NCBI GenBank assembly: GCA_040954595.2
Contig: CM082576.2
Span: forward strand, 18,833,028-18,897,027
Direction of reading: 5' to 3'
DNA from: Balanoglossus misakiensis
Taxonomy: Eukaryota > Animalia > Hemichordata
DNA: 64,000 bases
This document shows positions 40,361-52,500 of the stretch, piece by piece. How positions within the stretch are numbered: the first letter of the stretch is position 1; every line of letters starts with the position of its first letter. A program made the translations under genes and the position numbers. Under the pieces are notes generated by a model. It was given only the letters and a program-made list of their open reading frames with translations. It ran no database searches and was not told where the DNA came from.

Positions 40361-42545
40361 TTTCCAAAACTTGGTATGCACAGCAGATACAGCTTTTAAA
40401 TTTAGAGGACCGGAACACCTAATGAAATACATGTATTAACCTTAACACAATAATTATGTATATAAGCTATTTAAAGTTAACCAATAAAGCGTAGAAGTCT
40501 GCTTGTTGTTGGACACTGATCAGTTTGGTATCAAATTTTGTTGGCACATTTTGCATCACCTCTGGCGTACTTTACCATTTCTAGGCATCCACAACAGATA
40601 CAGCCTTCACTTTCTGTTGGAACCATGCTAACCACTTTGGCCACTCCAATGCTGCTTGTAGCTCTAATTGTCTTCTTCATGGCAGCCATATTGGATTTTC
40701 TAATAACTTTTAAAAGTTGACATTTTCATAAACTACAGGGCCAATCAAATTGTAGTTTACTGTAGGGTTGAAAGTTTGACAAAAATATCATTAGTGGTCA
40801 TGTGACTTTGGGTGCCTTATTAGATTTTTTAAAAATCTCATTAAAAAATTACAAAAAATCTTTTTCTAATCAAGTTTTCAAGTTAATTGTGATTGGTGTA
40901 ACCTTATCAGAGCTAAATTGGATTTTCTGAACCCCGATTAAAAACTAAAATTCCCTATTTCTAGCCTACTCATTGAAAGCACACAATTTCCTTATATGGA
41001 TACGAGTCACCATATGATTAGAATACGTTACATATTTTGGCAACTTTCACATGTTCTTTGATCCATACTGTGCAGTTAAAAGTTTGACAATAATATCGTT
41101 AGCAGCCATGTGACTTTGAATGCCTTATTGGAATTTTGAAAAAACTCATAAAAAATTCAAACAGACGTTTTCTAATCAAGTTTTCAAGTGAAATGTGATT
41201 GGTGTCACCTTATTGGAGCCAAATTGGATTTCTCTGAACACTGATTAAAAACTAAGATTTCCTATTTCTAGCCTACTCATTGAAAACAAACAAATTAATT
41301 TTTGCCAACAATTTGTTGGCAACTCTCGCATGTCCTTTGACCCAGTAATTCCAGAACTTAATTTTATGTGGATATGGCTCTTGTTAAAAAGCATAACAGT
41401 CATGATTGTGGTCACATGAGTTTTATTGCTGCCAGGACTTAACCCAAATATTTTGATAATTTTGGCAATGACCCTTGATCTACTTGGATATGTCTCTTGT
41501 TAAAAGCACAACAGTCATGATTTGTTCACACAAGTACTACTGCTGCCAGGGCATAACCCAAATATTTTGATAATTTTGGCAATGACCCTTGATCTACTTG
41601 GGTATGTCTCTTTTTAAAAAGCACAACAGTCATGATTTTGTTCACATGAGTTTTATTGCTGCCAGGACATAACCCAAATATTTTGATAATTTTGGCAATG
41701 ACCCTTGATCTACATTTCCAAAACTTGGTATGCACAGCATATACAGCTGTTAAATTTAGAGGACCGGAACACCTAATGAAGTACATGTATTAACCTTAAC
41801 ACAATAATTATGTATATAAGCTATTTAAAGTAAACCAATAAAGCGTAGAAGTCTGCTTTTTGTTGGACACTGATCAGTTTGGTATCAAATTTTGTTGGCA
41901 CATTTTGCATCACCTCTAGCTTACTTTACCATTTCTAGGCATCCACAACAGATACAGCCTTTGCTTTCTGTTGGAACCATGCTAACCGCTTTGGCCACTC
42001 CAATGCTACTTTTAGTTTTAATTGTCTTCTTCATGGCGGCCATATTGGCTTTTCTAATAAGCTTTAAAAGTTGAAATTTTCATAATCTACAGGGCCAATC
42101 AAGTTCTAATTTACTGTGCGATTGAAAGTTTGACAAAAATATCATTAGTGGTCATGTGACTTTTGGTGCCTTATGGATTTTTTAAAAATCTCATTAAAAA
42201 ACTTCAAAAATCTTTTTCTAATCTAGTTTTCAAGTGAATTGTGATTGGTTAAACCTTATTGGAGTCAAATTGGATTTTCTGAACAACGATTTAAAACTAA
42301 GATTTCCTATTTCTGGCCTACTCATTAATTATTCGTGGATATGCCTCTTGTTGAAAAGCACAATGGTGATGATTTTTTTCACACGAATAGTACTGCTGCC
42401 AGGACATAACCCAAATTTTTTGATAACATTGGCATTGAACTTTGAAGTTTGGCACCTGTATTCTTTTCTGAATATCTTATGGCGCCTAGACTAATAGCAC
42501 TAGAGGTTTGGTTTTTGATGTATATGGACAAGTATGGGACTTAGC
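40361..42545 (+). repeat. Continuation of the Helentron-derived macro-units (1354-bp period) on the right flank of satellite 1
   Basis: After the last monomer the sequence resumes the unit seen at 18465 and 19360. Paired ORFs 40172/41526 and 40538/41892 are 1354 bp apart. Three monomers at 41371-41710 and one at ~42339. Confidence 0.88.
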
Positions 42546-42552
42546 TTTTTTT

Positions 42553-43825
42553 TAGGGGCACAAGCCTATCGGGCTTGTGCCCCTATTGGTATTGTTGGAA
42601 TTTTTCTTATTATTATTATTATTATTATTATTATTCCGAGAAATATGTCATTGTAGATCTGGAAAACCGCAGCACCTAGGGGGCCGAAACTTGGTAGGGT
42701 GGTAGGGGCCAATGAGTAGATGTGCAGTGGCTCGTGAATATTTAATTAGTCACGTGACCTGGCGGCCATATTGGACTTCCTGAAAATCGTTAAATGAGTC
42801 CTTCTCAAAAACCACTGGGCTGATCGAGTTCAAATTTGGTGTGCAGGTAGCCTACCTTATGTCCATCATTTTACCCTATTAAAATCATGACGTCAAACAT
42901 AACGTTTTTTTGCTACAATTGTTTTTCTGAAAAACAACTTAAAACTTTAAAAATCTTCTTCTCCAGAACCAGCGATTGCCGAGTCACGGGATTCGGGGTA
43001 TGTGGTCACCTAACCTATGTCTATCAAGTTTGCGAAGCGAACTGTGATTGGTCGATCATTATGGCGGCCATGTTGGATTTTCGGAAAACCATTGAAAAAT
43101 GAAAATTCCGTTTTGTAGCCAAAATGTTGACAGCACGGAAATTCTTTTCTTGGATATGAGTCATCATATGACCGGAAGTTGTCACAATTTTTCGGGGCAA
43201 TTTTCACATGACCTTTGACCCAGTTTTAAAACAACTAATTATATATGCATATTCCCCATACCTCCTCTTGTCAAAGCACCACAGTCATGAATTTTGTGGA
43301 CATGGGTACCAATGCTGCCAGGACATGACACAAATATTTTGGTAATTTTGGCAATGACCCTTGACCTATTTCTGAAACATCATTTTTCTGCATATCTAAT
43401 TCCATGCTACCCAATAGGGCTAGAGGTCTGGTATTGGTTGGACATGGCCCACTCTGGGTTCAAAATTTTATGCCCAAATTTTGGGTGACCTTGGATGACC
43501 TTTGATCTACTTTCCCATATCTCAGCATCCAGAGCAGTTAGAGCCCTGGCTTTTATGGGGATTGAGCACATAATGGAGTCTTACACAAGACTTCATTAAT
43601 TATGTGCATACCTAATTGCAGGCGAACCAATAGGGCTAGGGGTCTGGTTTTTTGTTGGATCTAGACTAGTATGGGGTCCAATTGTTTTGCCCAAATTTGG
43701 GGTGACCTCAGGTGACCTTTGACCTACTTTCCCATATCTTGGTATCCCCAGCAGATACAGCCGTGACATTTGCTGGTCACCATGGGAACCGCTTGTGCCC
43801 CGCCAACGCTGCTTGCAGCTTTAAT
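42553..43825 (+). mobile_element. Apparently intact non-autonomous Helentron-like element (HINE/DINE-1 architecture)
   Basis: Preceded by a T-run. 5' hairpin taggggcacaagcc-tatcg-ggcttgtgccccta (14-bp stem); (TTA)n at 42607-42635; internal ~216-bp repeats (43411, 43627); 3' subterminal repeat gcttgtgcccc (43791-43801); 3' mini-hairpin gctgc-tt-gcagc (43808-43819) then tttaat. No ORF and no TSD. Confidence 0.8.
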
Positions 43826-43964
43826 GTTACATTTGGAATCAACTGGACCAATGTTGAGCTTATTAAATATGTGAATAACTAATGCTGAGCTTACCTATAT
43901 TGTTACAGGTTGAATTTTTTATTAACATGCTCTACTATTGGACTTAATCTGAATTTCTTGACCA

Positions 43965-44203
43965 ATGATAACCTTCAAATTTTGAGGGCTGGAACACCTA
44001 ATTACCAGGTTAACCAATAGAGCCAGAAGTCTTGTTTTTCATTTTATGCTGATTATTTTGGAAGAAAAAATTGTTGACAATTTTGGGTGAGCTCTTGGTG
44101 ACCTTTGATCAGCTTTCCTATTTACATAGCAGATACAGCATTGGCACTCTCTGGTATCCATAGGAACTGCTTTGACCTAGCCAATGTTGGTTGCACCTTA
44201 ATT
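43965..44203 (+). mobile_element. Further degenerate 3'-end fragment of the same family
   Basis: ccttcaaattt..ggctggaacacctaat..ccaatagagccagaagtc..gacctttgatc..agcagatacagc..ggaactgctttg..ccaatgttggttgcaccttaatt parallels 18498-18772 and 43627-43825. Confidence 0.7.
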
Positions 44204-44294
44204 GCACCGCAGTATGTTGGTTTGGGCGAGCTTGCCACATTAATCCTATCATTATCATTGATTTTATCGATTTCATGTTTTTAATTCTTTCATT

Positions 44295-44830
44295 CTTTTT
44301 TTTTCTGTAGGTCCCACCGGTACTCTTCTTCTTCTCTCTCTCTCTTTCTTTTTTTCTTTTTCCTCTTCTTTCTTTTCTCTTTTTTTTTCTTTTTTTTTCC
44401 TGTAGGCCCCAATGGTAACACCATAATCAACCTACTAACGTAAAATTTGATGGATGGAGAGAGCGGAGTGTCAACCATAGTCAACCTACTAATATAAACT
44501 TTGATGGATGGATGGATGGAGCGGAGCGTCAACCATAGTCAACGTACTAAAATATAAACTTTGATGGATGGATGGTGCCGTGGAGCGTCAACTTAAATGA
44601 TGGAGAAGTGGAAGGATGGAGAAGTGGAGTTTTTTTCTCTGTTTTTTCCTCTCTTTTTCCTGTAGGGCTCACTGGTAACACCATAATCAACCTACTAACG
44701 TAAAATTTGATGGATGGATGAAGCGGCGTGTCAACCATAGTCAACCTACTAATATAAACTTTGATGGATGGATGGATGGAGCATCAACCTAAAGGATGGA
44801 GAAGTGGAAGAATGGAGAAGTGGAGTTTCA
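44295..44830. repeat. Pyrimidine tract plus duplicated ~260-bp block built from ~55-bp subunits with (GATG)n
   Basis: cctgtagg..ggtaacaccataatcaacctactaacgtaaaatttgatggatgg at ~44399 and ~44659. Confidence 0.85.
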
Positions 44831-45150
44831 ACATAATATCCTATTGACCGAAATTATTAGTTAGAGTAATATAGACATACAAAACGAGGTGATCGTAATA
44901 TAAAACTTAATAGTCCAATAAATCGGGTTAATAATTGGTAGTGATTACTTGTTTTAAAATTAGGTTAACAGCAATGGCTTTGTGCAGGGTATGATAATAG
45001 GTTCTGAAATGTGTATGGTATAATAACGGTGAACAAATTTGAATTTGGTTTAATAAAAGGGTTAAAAATGTGATGATGGTTTTATGGTAAAATTGGAGTG
45101 TACACAGGTTATAAAGGGGTAACAGTGGTTGCTTGTATGAAGGTAATGAT

Positions 45151-45388
45151 AATAGGGTAACAAATGTGACTGGTATAAAAAATGTATAATAACGGGTTCA
45201 TAATATGATGATGGCTTGTGTACACAGGTTATAATGGGTATATGAATGAGAAGGGTATAATAATGGTAATAGGGTAACAAATGTGACTGGTATAAAAAGG
45301 TATAATAACGGGTTCATAATATGATGATGGCTTGTGTACACAGGTTATAATGGGTATATGAATGAGAGGGGTATAATAATGGTAATAA
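45151..45388. repeat. 117-bp tandem duplication in a C-poor low-complexity tract
   Basis: aatagggtaacaaatgtgactggtataaaa at 45151 and 45268. Confidence 0.85.
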
Positions 45389-46168
45389 CTGTGTCAGGTT
45401 TAATAAGGGTAGCAATTGTGCAAGGGTATAATAACGATTAATAATTGTGGTGATGGCTTATGGTGATATTAAGTATAAAAGGGTGTTTAATATTGATGGT
45501 GATGATAAAGGTATAATAATGATAAATCGTTAAATAAGTGTCCAGGGTCTAATAATCATGTTAGGTCATTCATTGGTTAATGTGAATATTTTATGAATAA
45601 CATGCTATTATTTCTCAGATAGATAATACTCGTCAGCATCGTTATTCGGTGGAATTTCTCGCAACGGTACCCGTGATTGTATTCGCGCATCGACACATTG
45701 TACGCGACAGACATGCAGAAAATGTTAGCACAATGTTAGGTTAGCTTAACCTCCCCACCCCATCCAAATTCCAAATTTAGCTTAGATCATGGGGTGAGAG
45801 GAGGAGAGGACAGTTTTTTTCCCTCTTTTGTAATTGGTATGAGGTTTTTTAACTGCCCTTTAGGCGCGTAAATTAAATATGTTATCATACATGTAGTTAT
45901 CTTGCTTTATTTTAAAACAATTGTGAATGAGCTCTGCGAGATTATGTACACGATAGTGTGTTATATAATGCTAAGGTAAAAGTAAATTTAACCCACTAAC
46001 CCATCACACTATTGTGTGCATAATTAGCAGATGCTATTTTGACTAGCCCATTGTTCAACCAAATGACACCTTGTTTCAAAAAGAGCTGAAACTATATTGG
46101 TTAATTTCTTTCAGTTTAACCACATGACACATTGCTTCAAATTGGCCTGCAAGATATGCTACTTGAAC

Positions 46169-46216
46169 TCCCCCCCCCCCACCCCCACCCCCACCCCCCC
46201 CCCCCCAAAAAAAAAA
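46169..46216 (-). repeat. Poly-C/poly-A tract (G-run, potential G-quadruplex on the minus strand)
   Basis: C11-A-C5-A-C5-A-C13 followed by an A-run. Confidence 0.7.
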
Positions 46217-46529
46217 TTAGGGATTAATCACTCGCTATATTATGAACATTCACATGAAAATTATGCAACCAAATTAAAGGTATTCTGGAGGCGTCTTCTG
46301 ATGTCAGGTGGTTCAAATCCACCGATACCTAAGCTGGAAACATAACTTTTCATTGGTGTTCATGTATGGCGAATAAAACACGCATATTCGTATTATCATA
46401 TTTCAGAAATGAATGAATTGAATAAGATTCTTTTCGATATGTCACTATAAACTTTAATCCCATTTCACCCACTTTACTCAAAATGTAATGTTTAAATAGC
46501 AAAGAAGTAATCATTAAACTTTGACACCG

Positions 46530-49500
46530 GGGTTTAAAATGCATACAGGGATACTAAAAGTTGACTGAAAATCCCTGGGTTAATAAGTGTCCAAAAGCAA
46601 TTTTATTTGACATTGCTAATGCAGCGATGACATTGAATCTGATTCTTTGCATCAGGGTAAATTGTGATGCAAGCTTGATGATGCAGCCCGGTAGATAGTG
46701 ATGCAAACACTTCACTTTGACATGGGTATTTAATGCATGTGCATGGGTATTTAATGTTGACTGTAAATCCCCAGGTTAATTCTTGGCCAAAAGCACTGTA
46801 ATTTGACATTGCTAATGCTACCGTGACACTAAATCTGATTCTTTGCATCAGGTTAAATTGTGAAGCAAGCTTGATGATGCATAATGATAGATGGTGTTTC
46901 AAGCCCTTCACATTGACATTGGAATATAACGCATATGGGGATTGAAAGTTGATTGTGAATCCCCAGGTTAATACTTGGCCAAAAGCAATGTAATTTAAAA
47001 TTGCTAATGCAATGGTGACATTCAATGTGATTCTTTGCATTAGGGGAAATGGTGTAGGAAGCCTAATGGTGCATCAGAGTAGATGGTGATGCAAGCTCTG
47101 CACTTTGACATAGGTATTTAATGCATATGCATGGGTATTTAATGTTGACTGTAAATCCCCAGGTTAATACGTGGCCAAAAGCACTGTAATTTGACATTGC
47201 TAATGCTACCGTGACACTAAATCTGATTCTTTGCATCAGGGTAAATTGTGAAGCAAGCTTGATGATGCATCATGATAGATGGTGTTTCAAGCCCTTCACA
47301 TTGACATTGGAATATAACGCATATGGGGATTGAAAGTTGATTGTGAATCCCCAGGTTAATACTTGGCCAAAAGCACCGTAATTTAAATTGCTAATGCAAT
47401 GGTGACATTGAATTTGATTCTTTGCATTAGGGGAAATGGTGTAGGAAGCCTAATGGTGCATCAGAGTAGATGGTGATGCAAGCTCTGCACTTTGACATAG
47501 GTATTTAATGCATATGCATGGGTATTTAATGTTGACTGTAAATCATCAGGTTAATACGTGGCCAAAAGCACTGTAATTTGACATTGCTAATGCTACCATG
47601 ACACTAAATCTGAATCTTTGCATCAGGTAAATTGTGGAGCAAACTTGATGATGCATCATGATAGATGGTGTTTCAAGCCCTTCACATTGACATTGGAATA
47701 TAACGCATATGGGGATTGAAAGTTGATTGTGAATCCCCAGGTTAATACTTGGCCAAAAGCACTGTAATTTAAAATTGCTAATGCAATGGTGACATTGAAT
47801 TTGATTCTTTGCATTAGGGGAAATGGTGTAGGAAGCCTAATGGTGCATCAGAGTAGATGGTGATGCAAGCTCTGCACTTTGACATAGGTATTTAATGCAT
47901 ATGCATGTGTATTTAATGTTGACTGTAAGTCATCAGGTTAATACGTGGCCATAAGCACTGTAATTTGACATTGCTAATGCAACAATGATATTGAATCTGA
48001 TTCTTTGCATCAGGGTTAATGGCATTGCAGGCTTGATGATGCATGCCGGTAGATAGTGAGGCAAACACTTCACTTTGACATGGGTATTTAATGCATGCAC
48101 ATTGATATCTAAAGTTGACTCTAAATCCCGAGGTTAATACATGGCCAAAAGCACTGTAATTTTAAATTACTAATGCAAGGGTGACATTGAATATGGGTAA
48201 ATGGTGAAGCAAACGTGATGATGCATCAGGATAGATGGTGTTTCAAGTCCTTCACATTGACTTTTGAATATAATGCATATGGGGATTTAAAGATGATTAT
48301 AAATCCCTAGGTTAAGACATGGCCAAAAGAACTTTTATTTGACATTGCTAATGCAACAGTGACATTGAATCTGATTCTATGCATCAGGGTAAATGGCGAA
48401 GCAAGCTTAATGATGCATCAGGACAGATGGTGTTTCAAGCCCTTCACATTCACATTGGAATATAACGCATATGGGGATTTGAAGTTGACTGTAAATCCTC
48501 AGGTTAATACGTGGCCAAAAGCAATTTTATTTGACATTGCTAATGCAATGGTGACATTGAATCTGATCCTATGCATCAGGGTAAATGGCGATGCAGGCTT
48601 GATGATGCATCACGGTAGATAGTGATGCAAACAGTTCACTTTGACATGGGTTTAAATGGATATGGGGATTTCAAGTTGATTACAAATCCCTGGGTTAATA
48701 CGTGTCCAAAAGCAATGTAATTTGACATTGCTAATGAAATGGTGACATTGAATGTAATTCTTTGCATTAGGGGAAATGGCTAAGCAAGCTTAATGATGCA
48801 TTGGACTAGATGGTGATGCAAGCTATGCATTTTGACATACATATTTAATGCATATGCATGTGTATTTAATGTTGACTATAAATCCTCAGGTGAATACATG
48901 GCCATAAGCACTATAATTTGACATTGCTAATGAAATGGTGACACTGAATCTGATTCTTTGCATCAGGGCAAATGGCGAAGCAAGCTTAATGATGCATCGG
49001 AGTAGATGGTGATGCAAGCTCTGCATTTTGACATAGGTATTAAATGTATATACATGGATATTTAAAGTTGTCTGTAAAACCCCAGGTTAATACATGGCCA
49101 TAAGCACTATAATTTGATATTGCTAATGAAATGGTGACACTGAATCTGATTCTTTGCATCAGGGCATATTGTGAAGCATGCTTGATGATGCATTAGGATC
49201 AATAGTGATGGAAACACTGCACTATGACATGGGCATTTTATGCATACGCATTGATATTTACAGTTGACTCTAAATCCCGAGGTTAATACATGGCTAAAAG
49301 CGCTGTTATTTAAAATTACTAATGCAAGGGTGACATTGACTATGGGTAAATGGTGAAGCAAACGTGATGATGCATCAGGATAGATGGTGTTTTAAGCCCT
49401 TCACATTGACTTTTGAATATAATGCATATGGGGATTTAAAGTTGATTGTAAATCCCTAGGTTAATACATGGCCAAAAGCAATTTTATTTGACATTGCTAA

Positions 49501-52500
49501 TTGAACGATGACATTGAATCCGATTCTTTGCATCAGGGTAAATGGCGATGCAAGCTTGATGATGCTTCACGGTAGATAGTGATGCAAACACTTTACTTTG
49601 ACATGGGTATTAAATGCATATGGGGATTTCAAGTTGATTACAAATCCCTGGGTTAATACGCGTCCAAAAGCACTGTAATTTGACATTGCTAATGCGATGT
49701 TGACATTGAATGTAATTCTCCGCATTAGGGCAAATGGCAAAGCAAGCTTAATGATGCAATGGAGTAGACGGTGATGCAAGCTATGCATTTTGACATAGGT
49801 ATTTAATGCATGTGCATGGGTATTTAATGTTGAATGTAAATTCTCAGGTTAATACATCTCCAAAAGCACTGTAATTTAAAATTGCTAATGTAAGGGTGAC
49901 ATTGAATCTGATTCTTTGCATTAGGGGAAATGGCGTAGCAAGCCTAATGATCCATCTGAGTAGATGGTGATGCAAGCTAAGCATTTTGACATAGGTACTA
50001 AATGTATATTCATGGGTATTTAAAGTTGTCTGTAAATCCCCAGGTTAATACATGGCCATAAGCACTATAATTTGACATTGCTAATGAAATGGTGACACTG
50101 AATCTGATTCTTTGCATCAGGGCATATTGTGAAGCATGGTTGATGATGCATTAGGGTCAATAGTGATGGAAACACTGCACTATGACATGGGTATTTAATG
50201 CATACGCATTGATATTTACAGTTGACTCTAAATCCCGAGGTTAATACATGGCTTAAAGCGCTGTAATTTAAAATTACTAATGCAAAGGTTACATTGAATA
50301 TGGGTAAATGGTGAAGCAAGCTTGAAGATGCATCAGGGTAGCTGGTGTTTCAAGCCCTTCACATTGACATTGGAATATAATTCATATGGGGATTTAAAAT
50401 TGATTGTAAATCCCTAGGTTAATACATGGCCAAAAGCACTGTAATTTAAAATTGCTAATGCAATGGTGACATTGAATGTGATTCTTTGCATCAGGGCATA
50501 TTGTGAAGCATGCTTGATGATGCATTAGGGTCAATAGTGATGGAAACACTGCACTATGACATGGGTATTTAATGCATACGCATTGATATTTACAGTTGAC
50601 TCTTAATCACGAGGTTAATACATGGCTAAAAGCACTGTAATTTAAAATTACTAATGCAAAGGTTACATTGAATATGGGTAAATGGTGAAGCAAGCTTGAA
50701 GATGCATCAGGGTAGATGGTGTTTCAAGCCCTTCACATTGACATTGGAATATAATGCATATGGGGATTTAAAATTGATTGTAAATCCCTAAGTTAATACG
50801 TGGCCAAAAGCAATTTTATTTGACATTGCTAATGCAATGATGACATTGAATCCGATTCTTTGTATCAGGGTAAATGGCGATGCAAGCTTGATGATGCATC
50901 ACGGCAGATAGTGATGCAAACACTTCACTTTGACATGGGCATTAAATGCATATGGGGATTTCAAGTTGATTACAAATCCCTGGGTTAATACGCGTCCAAA
51001 AGCACTGTAATTTGAAATTGCTAATGCGATGTTGACATTGAATGTAATTCTCCGCATTAGGGCAAATGGCAAAGCAAGCTTAATGATGCAATGGAGTAGA
51101 CGGTGGTGCATGCTATGCATGTTGACATAGGTATTTAATGCATGTGCATGGGTATTTAATGTTGAATGTAAATTCCCAGGTTAATACATCTCCAAAAGCA
51201 CTGTAATTTAAAATTGCTAATGTAAGGGTGACATTGAATCTGATTCTTTGCATTATGGGAAATGGCGTAGCAAGCCTAATGATCCATCTGAGTAGATGGT
51301 GATGCAAGCTAAGCATTTTGATATAGGTACTAAATGTATATACATGGGTATTTAAAGTTGTCTGTAAATCCCCAGGTTAATACTTGGCAAAAAGCAATTT
51401 TATTTGACATTGCTAATGAAATGGTGACACTGAATCTGATTCTTTGCATCAGGGTAAATGGCGATGCAAGCTTGATGATGCATCCCGGTAGATAGTGATG
51501 CAAACACTTCACTGTGACATGGGTATTAAATGCATATGGGGATTAAAAGTTGACTGAAAATCCCTGGGTTAATACAAGTCCAAAAGCACTGAAATTTGAC
51601 ATAGCTAATACAATGGTGACATTGAATGTGATTCTTTGCATTAGGGGAAATGGCGTAGCAAGCCTAATGATGCATCAGTGTAGATGGTGATCCAAGCTAT
51701 GCTTTTTGACATAGGTATTTAATGCATGTGCATGGGTATTTAATGTTGACTGTAAATCCCTGGGTTAATACAAATCCAAAAGCACTGTAATTTGACATTG
51801 CTAATACAACGGTGTCATTTAATCTGATTCTTTGCATCAGGGCAAATTGCGAAGCAAGCTTAATGATGCATCGGAGTATATGGTGATGCAAGCTATGCAC
51901 TTTGACATACGTATTTAATGCATATGCATTGGTATTTAATGTTGACTGTAAATCCCCAGGTTAATACGTGGCCAAAAGCACTGTAATTTGACATTGCTAA
52001 TGCTACCGTGACACTAAATCTGATTCTTTGCATTAGGGTAAATTGTGAAGCAAGCTTGATGATGCATCAGGATAGATGGTGTTTTAAGCCCCTCACATTG
52101 ACATTGGAATATAACGCATATGGGGATTTAAAGTTAATTGTAAATACCCAGGTTAATACATGGCCAAAAGCACTGTAATTTAAAATTGCTAATGCAATGG
52201 TGACATTGAATGTGATTCTTTGCATTAGGGGAACTGGCGTAGCAATCCTAATAGTGCATCAGAGTAGATGGTGATGCAAGCTCTGCACTTTGACATAGGT
52301 AATTAATGCATATGCATGTGTATTTAATGTTGACTATAAATCCTCAGGTGAATACATGGCCATAAACACTATAATTTGACATTGCTAATGAAATGGTGAC
52401 ACTGAATCTGATTCTTTGCATCAGGGCATATTGTGAAGCATGCTTGATGATGCATTAGGGTCAATAGTGATGGAAACACTGCACTATGACATGGGTATTT

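Noticed and set aside
18344-42494. Recurring short ORFs (MYFIRCSGP..., MLAHFASP...)
   Set aside because: By-products of non-coding macro-repeat duplication.
44290-44532. Lys/Arg-rich ORF
   Set aside because: Translation of a low-complexity pyrimidine tract.
44900-45560. Telomere-like GGTTA/GGGTTA words
   Set aside because: Scattered rather than tandem TTAGGG/TTAGG; explained by compositional skew.
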